The notes: generated by a model not told the origin, from the sequence alone. A stretch of 64,000 nucleotides of DNA from Candidatus Micrarchaeota archaeon (GCA_020854835.1 JAHKLX010000055.1:11691-75690), one strand, 5' to 3'; positions 39,075-48,942 are shown, counted from the first letter of the stretch. Program-made: numbers and translations.

Positions 39075-39896
39075 ATGAGATTGCCTGTAGTTTCCGGAAG
39101 TTTCTATCCAAGAAACAAAAAACAATTGACTGAGATTTTATCTTCGTTTAAAAACAAAATAAAAATAGTTCCTGCCAGATGTTATGGTGTAATATCTCCT
39201 CACGCAGGATATGTATACTCCGGAGAAACCGCAGTGGCCGCATTAAGCTCAGTTGATTTAAAAGAAGTTGAAACTGTGGTTATTTTGGGGCCAAATCATA
39301 CAGGGTGGGGAAACGCAATAGGCATATCATCTGAAGATTGGGAAACGCCATTAGGAATAATAAAAAATGATATAGAATTATCAGAAAAAATTCCAGAAAT
39401 GTGTCTTGCAAAAATTGATAATAATGCACACTCGAACGAACATTCGATTGAAGTGCAGCTCCCCCTGATTCAATATTTGGCCAAAAATCATCAAATTAAA
39501 ATTGTGGCTATAAGCATGATTGATCAAACTGCAGAATCTTGTGAGGCATTAGCTAAAGCCATTTTTAAAATATCAAATGACCTTAACAGAAAAATTTTAA
39601 TAGTTGCTAGCTCTGATTTCACACACTATGAAGCTGCAGATATTGTAGAAAAAAAAGATAGAAAACTAATCGCCCCTTTGCTTGCGGGAGATGTGAAAAA
39701 TTTTGAAGAAACACGTAAAAGTGAAAATATAAGCTGCTGCGGACACGGACCCATAATGGTTCTAGCATATTATGCCAATTTGCGAGGTTTTGGTGGAGCA
39801 GAATTGTTGAGGTACACTCACTCCGGGGCAATAACTGGAGATTATACAGAAGTGGTAGGATATGCAGCAGTTAGATTTTTAGAAACTTTATTTTAG
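39075..39896 (+). CDS. MEMO1-family protein (AmmeMemoRadiSam system protein B)
   Basis: 273 aa. PVVSGSFYP, ISPHAGYVYSG, GPNHTG and SSDFTHY blocks. Confidence 0.85.
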   Translation: MRLPVVSGSFYPRNKKQLTEILSSFKNKIKIVPARCYGVISPHAGYVYSGETAVAALSSVDLKEVETVVILGPNHTGWGNAIGISSEDWETPLGIIKNDIELSEKIPEMCLAKIDNNAHSNEHSIEVQLPLIQYLAKNHQIKIVAISMIDQTAESCEALAKAIFKISNDLNRKILIVASSDFTHYEAADIVEKKDRKLIAPLLAGDVKNFEETRKSENISCCGHGPIMVLAYYANLRGFGGAELLRYTHSGAITGDYTEVVGYAAVRFLETLF

Positions 39897-39897
39897 A

Positions 39898-40374
39898 TTA
39901 ATAGAATATACTTTTTACCCAGACACCTATAAAATATGTTAAGAATATTACAATCGCTGCAATAACTAAATGTTCCAATATCGGGCCCAAGGCAGGTTTG
40001 TTCTGGTTCTTAGATATATAATAATTTAAAAATATTAACAGAGCGAATCCCCACAGAATGCTGACTATTACTGCGGCATGAAGATCTAAAAGAAAGATGG
40101 GAATTAAAAAAGTTAGGCCAAATATCAGCTTAGATACAAATGTCATGATTGTTGATTCCCAAACTGCTTTCTCAGATACTTTTTTATTTGATTCTTCGGA
40201 TATGTGAATCCCTAAAGCATCAGACAAAGAATCTGCAACAGATATTGTTAAAACTCCTGCAACCACAACCTCTTTTAATCCGGTTCCTGTTGTTAAACCA
40301 ACCATTAAACCCAAGGTTGTTATAACTGCAGATGTTAAACCAAAACACAAACCTGTCATTAATGACTGCTTCAT
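39898..40374 (-). CDS. VIT1/CCC1-like membrane protein
   Basis: 158 aa, 4-5 TMs. GLTSAVITTLGLMVG...SVADSLSDALG resembles the VIT-family core. By eye. Confidence 0.5.
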   Translation of the reverse strand: MKQSLMTGLCFGLTSAVITTLGLMVGLTTGTGLKEVVVAGVLTISVADSLSDALGIHISEESNKKVSEKAVWESTIMTFVSKLIFGLTFLIPIFLLDLHAAVIVSILWGFALLIFLNYYISKNQNKPALGPILEHLVIAAIVIFLTYFIGVWVKSIFY

Positions 40375-40378
40375 TTAA

Positions 40379-40648
40379 TCACTTGTGTATATATTTCAAC
40401 CATACTTTTTTAAAGTAAGACAAACTCAAAGTTGACAAAACAAAACCCAAGGCAGGTACAAAAGCGTTGATAAAAGGATTTGGCAATTGAGCAAAATAAA
40501 AGTAAATAACAATGACAACATAAGTTATTAGAAAAATCACAATTTTTCTTGCCCCGCTTGTTTCCCAAGCTTTGTCTGATTCAACTCTTTCGTTTCTTTG
40601 TTTAAGTTTTTCTATTTCATTTTCCAATTCTTCTGTTTTCATATTCAT
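40379..40648 (-). CDS. small 2-TM membrane protein with N-terminal coiled coil
   Basis: 89 aa. ELENEIEKLKQRNERVESDKAWETS followed by two TM helices. Overlaps the upstream gene stop. Confidence 0.5.
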   Translation of the reverse strand: MNMKTEELENEIEKLKQRNERVESDKAWETSGARKIVIFLITYVVIVIYFYFAQLPNPFINAFVPALGFVLSTLSLSYFKKVWLKYIHK

Positions 40649-41235
40649 TCCTCAACTTTAAACATAGGACCGTGGCCAGATATGATGTAGTTTGCTGTTT
40701 CCAATAGTTTTTCCCTGCTTTTTCTCAAAGCAACAGGATCTTTAACATAAGGATCTTTTAAATTTATTAAACTTTGTTTGTCTGTTTTCTTTTCCTGTTC
40801 ATCAGTCCACCAGAAAACATCACCTGCCATGGCAACAGTTCCAAAATCCAATGTTTCAGCGATTATCGCACAATGAAACTGATCATGTCCTGGTGTATTC
40901 ATAATTTTAACATCCGTATCTGGAATCTTGCCGACATGCTCTTGCATTGAACTGTCAAATGAATAAATTATTGAGTTGTCCAAAATTTTTGCATTTTCAA
41001 AAATACTTGACAGCAGAGAATGATCTAAATGATAATGAGTTAAAACAACATAGTCAATATCATCAATTTTCAAACTTTCGGTAAGTAAAGCGTTGGTTAA
41101 AAGTTTTCTATTCATGCCAGGATCAACAATAATGTTTTTGCCATTGTCTTTGATTAAAACAACTGTTGATGAACCAAACATTTTTCCGTCTTGTTCATAA
41201 ACATACCCTTTGACAAGAATTTTTACTTCAGCCAT
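40645..41235 (-). CDS. MBL-fold metallo-hydrolase
   Basis: 196 aa. LTHYHLDH motif, downstream TPGHD and a C-terminal GHG. Confidence 0.8.
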   Translation of the reverse strand: MAEVKILVKGYVYEQDGKMFGSSTVVLIKDNGKNIIVDPGMNRKLLTNALLTESLKIDDIDYVVLTHYHLDHSLLSSIFENAKILDNSIIYSFDSSMQEHVGKIPDTDVKIMNTPGHDQFHCAIIAETLDFGTVAMAGDVFWWTDEQEKKTDKQSLINLKDPYVKDPVALRKSREKLLETANYIISGHGPMFKVEE

Positions 41236-41239
41236 ACAA

Positions 41240-42001
41240 TCACTTTGAATTTTTTATGATGAAATCAAATATAAGGTTTAACATTTCTTGAAAGTGTTCT
41301 GGTTTGGCTCTGAAAAAATGATCTGCCCCTTCAACAACTTCAAGTTTGCAGTCTTTGATTATTTTGCAAACTGTTTTGCTTTGAGAAATAGGAACTGTAA
41401 TATCTTTATCCCCATGAACAATTAACGTTGGTATCTTTATTTTTTCAGCTGCTTTCCAACCGTCATTATTTTTGAAATCTTCAAATAAAGTATAATTTAA
41501 CCTTAGTTTGCCTTGGAAACCCGAATCATATTCATAATATCCTCTTTCTTTCCATTCTTTGATAAATTGTTCTCCTTTTCTTTCCATCTCCAATTTTTCA
41601 TATTGTGAAACTGGACACTTCAAAGCCAGACAAATCAAATCGTCTGATTTGGAAGCTGCCATTATAGAACAAATTCCGCTAAAACTTGAACCTACCAAAA
41701 CAATTCTGAGATATCCTTTTTCTTTAACATAATCAATTGTTGAAAGAAGGCTTTGGGCAGCATTGGAAACAGTTAAATTCTCAAATTTTCCATCACTTTC
41801 GCCATGACCAAACAAATCAATTCTAAAAGTTGAAAATCCTTTTTCATTAAACATTTTTTCTAAAGATATGTTAGTAAAACTATCTTTACCAGATGATAGA
41901 CCGTGTGCCATAACAACTATTGGCTTGTTTTTATCTTGCTCAGATAGAATGCCACACACTTTGTAACCATTTGCATCTTTGAAAAATATTTTTTCAGCCA
42001 T
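41240..42001 (-). CDS. alpha/beta-fold hydrolase
   Basis: 253 aa. Oxyanion HGLSS, nucleophile elbow VGSSFSG, and C-terminal D...H (HGDKD, GADHFF). Confidence 0.8.
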   Translation of the reverse strand: MAEKIFFKDANGYKVCGILSEQDKNKPIVVMAHGLSSGKDSFTNISLEKMFNEKGFSTFRIDLFGHGESDGKFENLTVSNAAQSLLSTIDYVKEKGYLRIVLVGSSFSGICSIMAASKSDDLICLALKCPVSQYEKLEMERKGEQFIKEWKERGYYEYDSGFQGKLRLNYTLFEDFKNNDGWKAAEKIKIPTLIVHGDKDITVPISQSKTVCKIIKDCKLEVVEGADHFFRAKPEHFQEMLNLIFDFIIKNSK

Positions 42002-42005
42002 AACA

Positions 42006-43094
42006 TCACATAAATAATTGGTCTTTTTTAGACATTTTAACTTTATTAACTAACATCGAATCCTTTGTTTCGCCCATTAAAAAATAACTTTTACGTTTGA
42101 GTTCAGGAATGTTTTTTGCACCAACTAAAAACATTGAAACCTTGATTTGTTCTGCCCATTCTGCAACAATCTTATCAAGATTTTTTTGTTTTTGTGCAGC
42201 AAGAAAAGGTTGTGCAGCTCCTGCAATTTCCGCTCCGAGCACAATTGATTTTGTTACATCAATCCCGCTTCTTACGCCCCCACTTGCAATAACAGGCATG
42301 TAACTATGGCACATTAAAATAGAAGCAACCGTTGGAATTCCAAACTCCTCAAAACCTCTTACTTTTCCTTTTCCTCTATTGTATTCAATTTTAGACCATG
42401 ACGTTCCACCTGCTCCTGCAACATCAATCATGACTATTCCTGCAATTTTAAGGTGTTGTGCGACTTCAGATGAAATACCTGAACCGACTTCTTTTGCAAT
42501 GACTTTTACATCATATTTTTTCAAATGATAGGTTAAAGCAGTTATTGCTTCCAAACCTCCTTTAAAGTGTTTTTCACCTTCAGGTTGTATGATTTCCTGT
42601 AATGGATTTAAGTGAACAGCAATTGCATCAAGCTCTGGTTTTTGAACTAAATCATCAATTTTATTTAATTTTTTATTTTTATATAGTTCAATTAATTGTA
42701 CAACTCCAATATTCCCAATTAAAGGTATGTCGGGAGCCACATCTCTGACTTTATAGGTATTGATATGTTTTGGATCCTCGAGCATTGCTCTTTGAGAACC
42801 CAAACCCATTGCCAAACCATATTTTTGCGCAGTTTGTGCAAGATCTTTGTTTATTTTTTCAGCTTTGGAAAATCCTCCAGTCATTGCTTCAAATATCATA
42901 GGATAGGATAATTTTTTATTTAATATAGTGGTTGATGCATCAACTTCTTGAAAATCCATTTCGGGAAGAGCATTGTAAATTAACCTAACATCATCAAATC
43001 CTGTTTTTAATTTATGATATTGAACATGATCTTTCAAAGATAATTCTATGTGATCTTCTTTTCTTTTTTCAATTTTTTTTGTCATGAACTCCAA
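42006..43094 (-). CDS. fni: type 2 isopentenyl-diphosphate delta-isomerase
   Basis: 362 aa. FMN-dependent IDI2 blocks RKEDHIEL, MTGG, VAGAGGTSW and ASGGVRSG. An alternative start MTKKIEK lies at 43085. Overlaps the mvk stop. Confidence 0.9.
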   Translation of the reverse strand: MEFMTKKIEKRKEDHIELSLKDHVQYHKLKTGFDDVRLIYNALPEMDFQEVDASTTILNKKLSYPMIFEAMTGGFSKAEKINKDLAQTAQKYGLAMGLGSQRAMLEDPKHINTYKVRDVAPDIPLIGNIGVVQLIELYKNKKLNKIDDLVQKPELDAIAVHLNPLQEIIQPEGEKHFKGGLEAITALTYHLKKYDVKVIAKEVGSGISSEVAQHLKIAGIVMIDVAGAGGTSWSKIEYNRGKGKVRGFEEFGIPTVASILMCHSYMPVIASGGVRSGIDVTKSIVLGAEIAGAAQPFLAAQKQKNLDKIVAEWAEQIKVSMFLVGAKNIPELKRKSYFLMGETKDSMLVNKVKMSKKDQLFM

Positions 43095-44094
43095 CCCCCT
43101 TCACCGCAGGATTTGCATCTAAAGAATTATATCCTGCTTTGTTTAAAACATTTTTTAAATTTTCAAAATCTTTTTTATAAGCATAAACAATAACTGCACC
43201 GCCGGGTCCCCCTGCACCAGTTAGTTTCGCACCCAAAGCCCCGTTGTTAATTGAAAGTTTTATAACCTCTTCAATCTCATCTGTTGAAACTCCTCCATTT
43301 CTAAGTAAAAAATGACTATCTAAAAACAATTTGCCCAACGTTTCTGGATTTCCCGATTCAGTTAATTCTTTGATTATGTTTTTGTATATATTGTCATACT
43401 CGAAACATAATTTCGCTCTTTCATTATCTGTTAATTCAGAGGGAGGTTTGGAAATATTGTGTTTCTCTGCAAATAATTTTACAAGATCAGCAGTACTGCC
43501 TCGTTTTCCCCTATATGTATCAACAATAAGTATTCCTGTTTCTTTGGGGAAAACAACTTTAGTTTTTGTGAATGTGAATTGCACAGGGTTAAATTCTTTT
43601 TTGAAAATTATTCCTGTTCCACTAACAACTGTTTTTGCATCAATGCCGCTGGGCCTACCGCCGTGCGCATATTCATCACCTATTTGTGCACATTCAAAAA
43701 GTTCATCTTCAGAAGGTTCAATTCCTGCTACTTTGTACAAACCCAATGCAAGTGCTGTTGAAAAAGATGCAGAGGCCCCCATACCTTTTATAGTGCCATC
43801 TGAAGACCAAACTGCTTTCAAAGCTTTGTTTAAATTTGTTTTTTCTATAATTCTTTGGTAAATTTTTATAAACATCCTCATTTCATCTCGGTTTTGAGCA
43901 TTCACATACCTGCCATCAGGATAAATAATGAATTCTCCGAACCCAGGATTCTTGCCTTCTAATCTAACCTCTCCCTCCAATTCTTGGAAAGTGATGTGGT
44001 TATATCTATCAACTGTAAAAGCAACAGCTGGGGCGCCGTAGACAACATAATGCTCGCCAATCAAAATGATTTTGGCAGGTGCAGAAACTTTCAT
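43069..44094 (-). CDS. mvk: mevalonate kinase (GHMP kinase)
   Basis: 341 aa. N-terminal SAPAKIILIGEHYVVYG, GHMP motif GMGASASFSTALALG and KLTGAGGPGGAVIV. Confidence 0.85.
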   Translation of the reverse strand: MKVSAPAKIILIGEHYVVYGAPAVAFTVDRYNHITFQELEGEVRLEGKNPGFGEFIIYPDGRYVNAQNRDEMRMFIKIYQRIIEKTNLNKALKAVWSSDGTIKGMGASASFSTALALGLYKVAGIEPSEDELFECAQIGDEYAHGGRPSGIDAKTVVSGTGIIFKKEFNPVQFTFTKTKVVFPKETGILIVDTYRGKRGSTADLVKLFAEKHNISKPPSELTDNERAKLCFEYDNIYKNIIKELTESGNPETLGKLFLDSHFLLRNGGVSTDEIEEVIKLSINNGALGAKLTGAGGPGGAVIVYAYKKDFENLKNVLNKAGYNSLDANPAVKGVGVHDKKN

Positions 44095-44180
44095 AATAAT
44101 CTATAAAAACTTAGAAGTCAATGTTTTTAAACTTTTATTATTAATACATATAACTCCACCAAATATTTAGAGGGATATTA

Positions 44181-44828
44181 ATGAGTATAATTCAAGATAT
44201 AAAAAAAAGATTTCAGAATTTGTTTAAATACTTTCAGAGCTGGTTTAGCAAAAAAAATGAAATTACCATTGGATTTTTTGGATGCCCGAATGTTGGAAAA
44301 ACTGCATTAGCGAATAGAATGTGTGTAGATGCAGGAGTAGATCCGATGGGGAATGTTTCAGTTATACCTCACGAAACAAGAGAAGTTTTGAGAAAAGAAG
44401 GTATTAAAGTGAAAATCAATGGATCAAATTTGTCAATGAATATTTTGGATCTTCCAGGAGTTGCAATAAAAGTAGATTACAGGGAGTTTTTGAATTATGG
44501 ATTGAGTGTCGATGAAGCTCAAGAAAGAGCCAGAGAAGCAACAAAAGGAATTGTAGAAGCTTTAAAAATAATGGAAAAGATAGACGCAGCATTAATTATT
44601 TTAGATGCCACTGATGACCCAAGAAAACAAGTTAATATTACCTTGTTAGGGGCCATGGAAGCTAGAGATATTCCTTTTATTATTGTGGCAAACAAAAATG
44701 ATTTAGAAAATGCAGATGTTGGAAAAATAAAAAAAGTTTTGCCAGAGTATTCAGTAGTTGAAATATCTGCATTGAAAGGAAATAATATGGAAATTCTTTA
44801 CGGAGAGATTTCAAAAAGATTGAGGTGA
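44181..44828 (+). CDS. small GTP-binding protein
   Basis: 215 aa. G1 GCPNVGKT, G3 DLPG, G4 NKNDL and G5 ISALKG. Confidence 0.8.
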   Translation: MSIIQDIKKRFQNLFKYFQSWFSKKNEITIGFFGCPNVGKTALANRMCVDAGVDPMGNVSVIPHETREVLRKEGIKVKINGSNLSMNILDLPGVAIKVDYREFLNYGLSVDEAQERAREATKGIVEALKIMEKIDAALIILDATDDPRKQVNITLLGAMEARDIPFIIVANKNDLENADVGKIKKVLPEYSVVEISALKGNNMEILYGEISKRLR

Positions 44829-44832
44829 CCAA

Positions 44833-45117
44833 ATGTATAAATGCATAGTTTGTGGAAGAGAATATCCCAATAATTATGACATACACAAACCATGCTCTTG
44901 CGGTTCAAAAATATTGGTCCAAACAAACTATAGAAAAATAAATGATGAAAAAGTATCTTTTGATGAAAGAATTGAGAATATAACTGTTGATTCACGAGGA
45001 ATTTTTGAGATAAATATATCTGCCATTGCAAAAAATGAGATTATAATTATAAAAGATGAATCTGATATTTATTATGTAAAAGTTCCCTGGGAAGCTGAAT
45101 TTGAAAAAAATATATAA
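44833..45117 (+). CDS. C4 zinc-ribbon protein
   Basis: 94 aa. YKCIVCG...CSCGS. It lies 4 nt after the GTPase gene. A GTPase plus Zn-ribbon pairing is a conserved archaeal neighbourhood as far as I recall. No function known. Confidence 0.5.
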   Translation: MYKCIVCGREYPNNYDIHKPCSCGSKILVQTNYRKINDEKVSFDERIENITVDSRGIFEINISAIAKNEIIIIKDESDIYYVKVPWEAEFEKNI

Positions 45118-45189
45118 AAAATTTAAGTTTTTTGAGGTTAGAAGTATACGAGCATTTTTAAAAATAAGTGTTAACAGATATATATCATT

Positions 45190-45307
45190 GCGGGGGTGGC
45201 GGAGCTTGGTCAAACGCGCCAGACTCAAGATCCAAAAGAGGAATTTCCTCTATTAATTAGTCATCTGGTGGCTTAGGCCTGCGCCGGTTCGAATCCGGCC
45301 CCCCGCA
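45190..45307 (+). tRNA. tRNA-Leu (CAA) with 33-nt intron at 37/38
   Basis: GCGGGGG TG GCG GAGCTTGGTCAAA CGC G CCAGA CTCAAG [ATCC...TAGTC] A TCTGG TGGCTTAGGCCTGC GCCGG TTCGAAT CCGGC CCCCCGC A. Class II long variable arm. Intron AGTC pairs with GACT of the anticodon arm. Confidence 0.88.
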
Positions 45308-45366
45308 CACTAAAAAGTGAGGTTTAAAAGGTTTAAGGAAATTTAATATACTAAAAGGTGATTTAT

Positions 45367-45843
45367 ATGGATAAAATTACATTGAATCTTATGATTGAAG
45401 GAGGTAAAGCAAGTTCAGGCCCTCCTTTAGGTCCAACTTTAGCTCCATTAGGAGTTAATATATCTGAAATTGTTAATTCAATAAACGCATCAACAAAAGA
45501 GTTTAAGGGAATGACCATACCTGTTGTTGTGACTGTTGATCCTGCAACAAAGAAATATGATATTGAAATTAAAACTCCTGCCACATCACAATTGATAAAA
45601 AAAGCAATTGGTATTGATAAAGGAAGAAAAGAAAAAGGAACTATCGCAGGCAATCTTACAATTGAACAGGCAGTTGAAATAGCAAAAACTAAATCACAAA
45701 TTTCATTGGGTTTGACACTTAAAAGTGTTGTTAAAGAAGTTGTTGGGACATGCACCTCATTGGGCGTCACAGTTGAAAAAAAATCTCCGATGGATGTTAT
45801 AAAGGAGATTGATAAGGGAATATATGATGAAAAAATTAAATAA
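45367..45843 (+). CDS. rpl11: 50S ribosomal protein uL11
   Basis: ATG at 45367. GGKASSGPPLGPTLAPLGVN is the uL11 N-terminal signature. ~158 aa. Confidence 0.92.
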   Translation: MDKITLNLMIEGGKASSGPPLGPTLAPLGVNISEIVNSINASTKEFKGMTIPVVVTVDPATKKYDIEIKTPATSQLIKKAIGIDKGRKEKGTIAGNLTIEQAVEIAKTKSQISLGLTLKSVVKEVVGTCTSLGVTVEKKSPMDVIKEIDKGIYDEKIK

Positions 45844-47473
45844 TTTTTTGATTGTATTTTTAATGCTGGTTTCACTGTCTTATCAGTTTGAGATCAGTAT
45901 TGAAAATGGTGCATTAGGAGTATGGGCGATCGATAACGATATTCGCATTTTATATACCGAAAAAATTTTAATCTATGACCTTGCCAGCCCCAATAACTTA
46001 AAAACTAGTAAAACATTAGATCATAAATTAAGTTTGGTCAATGGAATTTTGGGAGGATCAAAGAATCTCCCCGCTGGAAAAATGGTATACTACTATGATG
46101 TTGAAAAACAAGAATTTTCTTATTACACTTTTCCAACTTTATATGTTGAATTTGATAAAATTATAATTGAAAATGAAAATGTTTTTTGGTGCTATGGTAC
46201 TAGAATGTATTATGGAAAAATTGAAACTGTTGCTGATGAATTTAAAATAAAAACTTTGGGTGATTTTAAAGTCTCAGATTATGAGTGTGAAAAACTTTTT
46301 TTGGGAGATATATCCGTTTATGTTAAAACTGAAAAAGAACTTGTTTCATTGGATAAAGTTCGTTTAACATATGAAAATAATGATAACAAATTCAAATGGG
46401 ACTCAAATCCTCTGATATCTGGGGATTGCACGATTATAAATAAAAAAACTCCGGTTTGTGGAGGCGTTATTGAAAGCAGTATGGTCACTATAAATTCTGG
46501 AAATGGGAGAATAGAAAAAACATTTTATATTGATTCTCCTATTAAAAAAATTCAGAATCATGGCAACAAAGTAATTGTTGCATCAGAAGCTGGAAAATTG
46601 TATGGTCTTAATGATTTATTAATCAAAGAATGGGAAATTGAAATACCAAATTATATTTTGAGATTTGAAAATGATGATGAAAGAATTATTTTTGGAAACA
46701 GAAACGACTACTCTGTTGGAACCGTTGATTATGATGGAAACATAAAAAGTCATCAATCTATTTATACAACTTCTTCGAGAAAAAGACTTTATCCTTTGGA
46801 TGCTGATAGTGTTTGGGACACTTCCACCGGCAATAGAGTTATTGTTGCTTTGGTTAAGAGTGATGGTTCAATGGGAGACTACACCTATATACAAGCCTGG
46901 TCAGAAGAATCAAGTTGTCTTATTGAAACGCTGGCAGTTTCGGCAACCGCAAACGTAATTACTGGAAAGGTATATCCTGCCATAAATCCTGAAGTTTATA
47001 TCTCAGGAAAGCCACAAAAAGTAGAAAGAAATGAAAATTCTTGGTACATCATACAAAAATTTGGTCAAACAAATGATGTTGTTATAGAGTGCAGAGCGGG
47101 GGGGCAAAACACACAAACATACCTTAGTGTTGCCGAGTCAGATAGGATAAAAAGAAAACTTTATGTTGAAATACCGAGCGACATAACTGAATACACTGTT
47201 TTCAGAGTATATAATGAATATGGACTTCCTATTGAAGAATTTGATGCAACTTTAAGTGTTGGCCAAAAAGAAGAGATTTATTCCGGCAAAAATGGAAGTG
47301 TTAGAATACCAATACCGCTTGAAAATGCAAGAATATCATTTTATGCAGAAGGTTATGAGAGATATCCTTCAACATTTATATCTAGAACTGATAACCCGGG
47401 AGCAATGGTAAATGTAATTGTAGGCGTGTTGTTGTTTGTGATTATAATAGCAATAAGAAAAAAAATAAAATAA
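45824..47473 (+). CDS. hypothetical secreted protein with C-terminal TM anchor
   Basis: ATG at 45824/45827 (MMKKLNNFLIVFLML signal), ~549 aa. The C-terminus is NPGAMVNVIVGVLLFVIIIAIRKKIK. It overlaps the rpl11 3' end by ~20 nt. Confidence 0.6.
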   Translation: MMKKLNNFLIVFLMLVSLSYQFEISIENGALGVWAIDNDIRILYTEKILIYDLASPNNLKTSKTLDHKLSLVNGILGGSKNLPAGKMVYYYDVEKQEFSYYTFPTLYVEFDKIIIENENVFWCYGTRMYYGKIETVADEFKIKTLGDFKVSDYECEKLFLGDISVYVKTEKELVSLDKVRLTYENNDNKFKWDSNPLISGDCTIINKKTPVCGGVIESSMVTINSGNGRIEKTFYIDSPIKKIQNHGNKVIVASEAGKLYGLNDLLIKEWEIEIPNYILRFENDDERIIFGNRNDYSVGTVDYDGNIKSHQSIYTTSSRKRLYPLDADSVWDTSTGNRVIVALVKSDGSMGDYTYIQAWSEESSCLIETLAVSATANVITGKVYPAINPEVYISGKPQKVERNENSWYIIQKFGQTNDVVIECRAGGQNTQTYLSVAESDRIKRKLYVEIPSDITEYTVFRVYNEYGLPIEEFDATLSVGQKEEIYSGKNGSVRIPIPLENARISFYAEGYERYPSTFISRTDNPGAMVNVIVGVLLFVIIIAIRKKIK

Positions 47474-47478
47474 AAAAA

Positions 47479-48723
47479 TTAGTTGGGAACAATTATTTCT
47501 ATTTTATCAGAAGACTTGTAAACGTTTCCCAGTCTAAGCCCTACAACTCGTTTTGCTCCAACTGAAGAAGCAACATCTATAAGACGCTGAGTTATGATAC
47601 CATCAAAAATGACTGTATCAACATCTTTCTCGTTTTCCAAATCCTTCAACATGCTTCTAATTGGAACTTCCTTGACCATGTTAAATTTGTTATCATAAAA
47701 ACGAGCATGCAAAGAATTCTCAATATCTTTTAATACTGCGAGATAAGGGTTTTCTTCGATTTCAGCTTGTTTTTCCTCTTTTGGTTCTGGTTGTTCTCTT
47801 TGTTTTTTAACAGGAGGACTATAGGTTTTAGTTGGTTCTTCTTTGGCATCTTGATACAACCATGCTTTTGATTTGTGATTTTTTCTTGCCTGTGAAAGAT
47901 TTTCCATTGCCTGTTCGAAAGGAATCTTAGTCCTCAAACATTTAATAAGCTCTTTCCTTGTTAGCTCTTCGACTTCTTTTCCTGTTGGAGCTCTGGCAAC
48001 AAAATCAATTTCAATTGCTTGTGAAAGTTGAGTCAAGATTATGTTTCCTCCCCTGTCGCCATCTGTAAAAACTGTAATCTCCTTTTTTTGGCCAAGTTCA
48101 ACAATTGTTTCAGGCACTGTTGCCCCGCCAACTGCAATAACATTGGGTATGTCATTACGCAATAAATTCAAAACATCTGCTCTTCCTTCCACAACTATAA
48201 TAGAATCATGTTTTTCTATGTTGGGGCCAGCAGGAAGTTTGTTTTTTCCATATTCAACTATTTCTGCAGTTTTTACTTCTCCCCTAACAACCTCAGATAT
48301 TTCTCTTGAATCAGGTATAACACTTATTAGCATGTTTTTAAGAAGGTTTTTTGCTCTGTCTATAATATGCTTTCTTTTAGCATCTCTAGTATCCTCAATT
48401 CTGTTGACAGTAATACGGCCTTCACAAGGTCCAATCCTATCAACTGATTCTAATGCTGCACCCAAAATACTGGTTTCAACCATGTCCAAACTTGATGGCA
48501 TTTTGAGTTTCCCATAAGTTTTTCCATTCTTGAAATCCATATCCACTTCTATCCTGCCAATTCTGCCATTTTTTTGAAGTTCTCTTAGATCTAACTCGTC
48601 TCCTAAAAGACCTTCAGTTTGGCCGAATATCGCACCGACAATATCGGGTTTTTCAACAACACCCTCAACATAAACATCGGCATAAATCAAATATTTTAAA
48701 GTATCTATATATGTTTTCCCCAT
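47479..48723 (-). CDS. dnaG: archaeal DnaG primase-like Toprim protein
   Basis: 414 aa. N-terminal YLIYADVYVEGVVEKPDIVGAIFGQTEGLLG, and Toprim VEGRADV ... FTDGDRGG. Confidence 0.9.
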   Translation of the reverse strand: MGKTYIDTLKYLIYADVYVEGVVEKPDIVGAIFGQTEGLLGDELDLRELQKNGRIGRIEVDMDFKNGKTYGKLKMPSSLDMVETSILGAALESVDRIGPCEGRITVNRIEDTRDAKRKHIIDRAKNLLKNMLISVIPDSREISEVVRGEVKTAEIVEYGKNKLPAGPNIEKHDSIIVVEGRADVLNLLRNDIPNVIAVGGATVPETIVELGQKKEITVFTDGDRGGNIILTQLSQAIEIDFVARAPTGKEVEELTRKELIKCLRTKIPFEQAMENLSQARKNHKSKAWLYQDAKEEPTKTYSPPVKKQREQPEPKEEKQAEIEENPYLAVLKDIENSLHARFYDNKFNMVKEVPIRSMLKDLENEKDVDTVIFDGIITQRLIDVASSVGAKRVVGLRLGNVYKSSDKIEIIVPN

Positions 48724-48729
48724 TTTTAT

Positions 48730-48942
48730 CTACCTCTCAGTAATTTCTATTAATTTTTTCCTAGAAGTTGCACCTTTGATAAGCCTTATATCTGCATTAA
48801 AATGTTTTTCAAGCAAACGCAAAACTGCATAATTTGCTTTGTTTTGTTCAGCAGGCTCTTTGACTCTAACCTCAAGCAAACCGCTTTTTTCAGCTATTGA
48901 CTCGCTTTTAGAGCAAGGCACAACCTTAACCCATGTTTTCAT
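48730..48942 (-). CDS. DUF167 (YggU-like) family protein
   Basis: 70 aa. VKVVP.SK...I......LEVRVKEPAEQNKAN.AVLRLL.K.F...I.LIKGATSRKKLIEI matches the DUF167 consensus shape. Confidence 0.7.
   Translation of the reverse strand: MKTWVKVVPCSKSESIAEKSGLLEVRVKEPAEQNKANYAVLRLLEKHFNADIRLIKGATSRKKLIEITER

Noticed and set aside
43331-43861. 176-aa ORF antisense to mvk. Similar antisense ORFs lie in dnaG (48041..48517), the P-type ATPase (35076..35438), the AAA gene (57816..59264) and the CBS gene (49057..49455).
   Set aside because: All are nested in well-supported genes and have Ser/Pro/Phe-rich low-complexity translations.
45363-45875. 170-aa ORF antisense to rpl11.
   Set aside because: It is fully overlapped by the uL11 gene, which has an unmistakable signature. 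The translation has no motif.
45824-47473. A PGF-CTERM/archaeosortase sorting signal at the C-termini of the anchored proteins (e.g. NPGAMVNV...RKKIK).
   Set aside because: No shared PGF/PEF motif occurs across the five C-termini, and no archaeosortase gene is in the window. I kept it only as a low-weight idea inside a finding.
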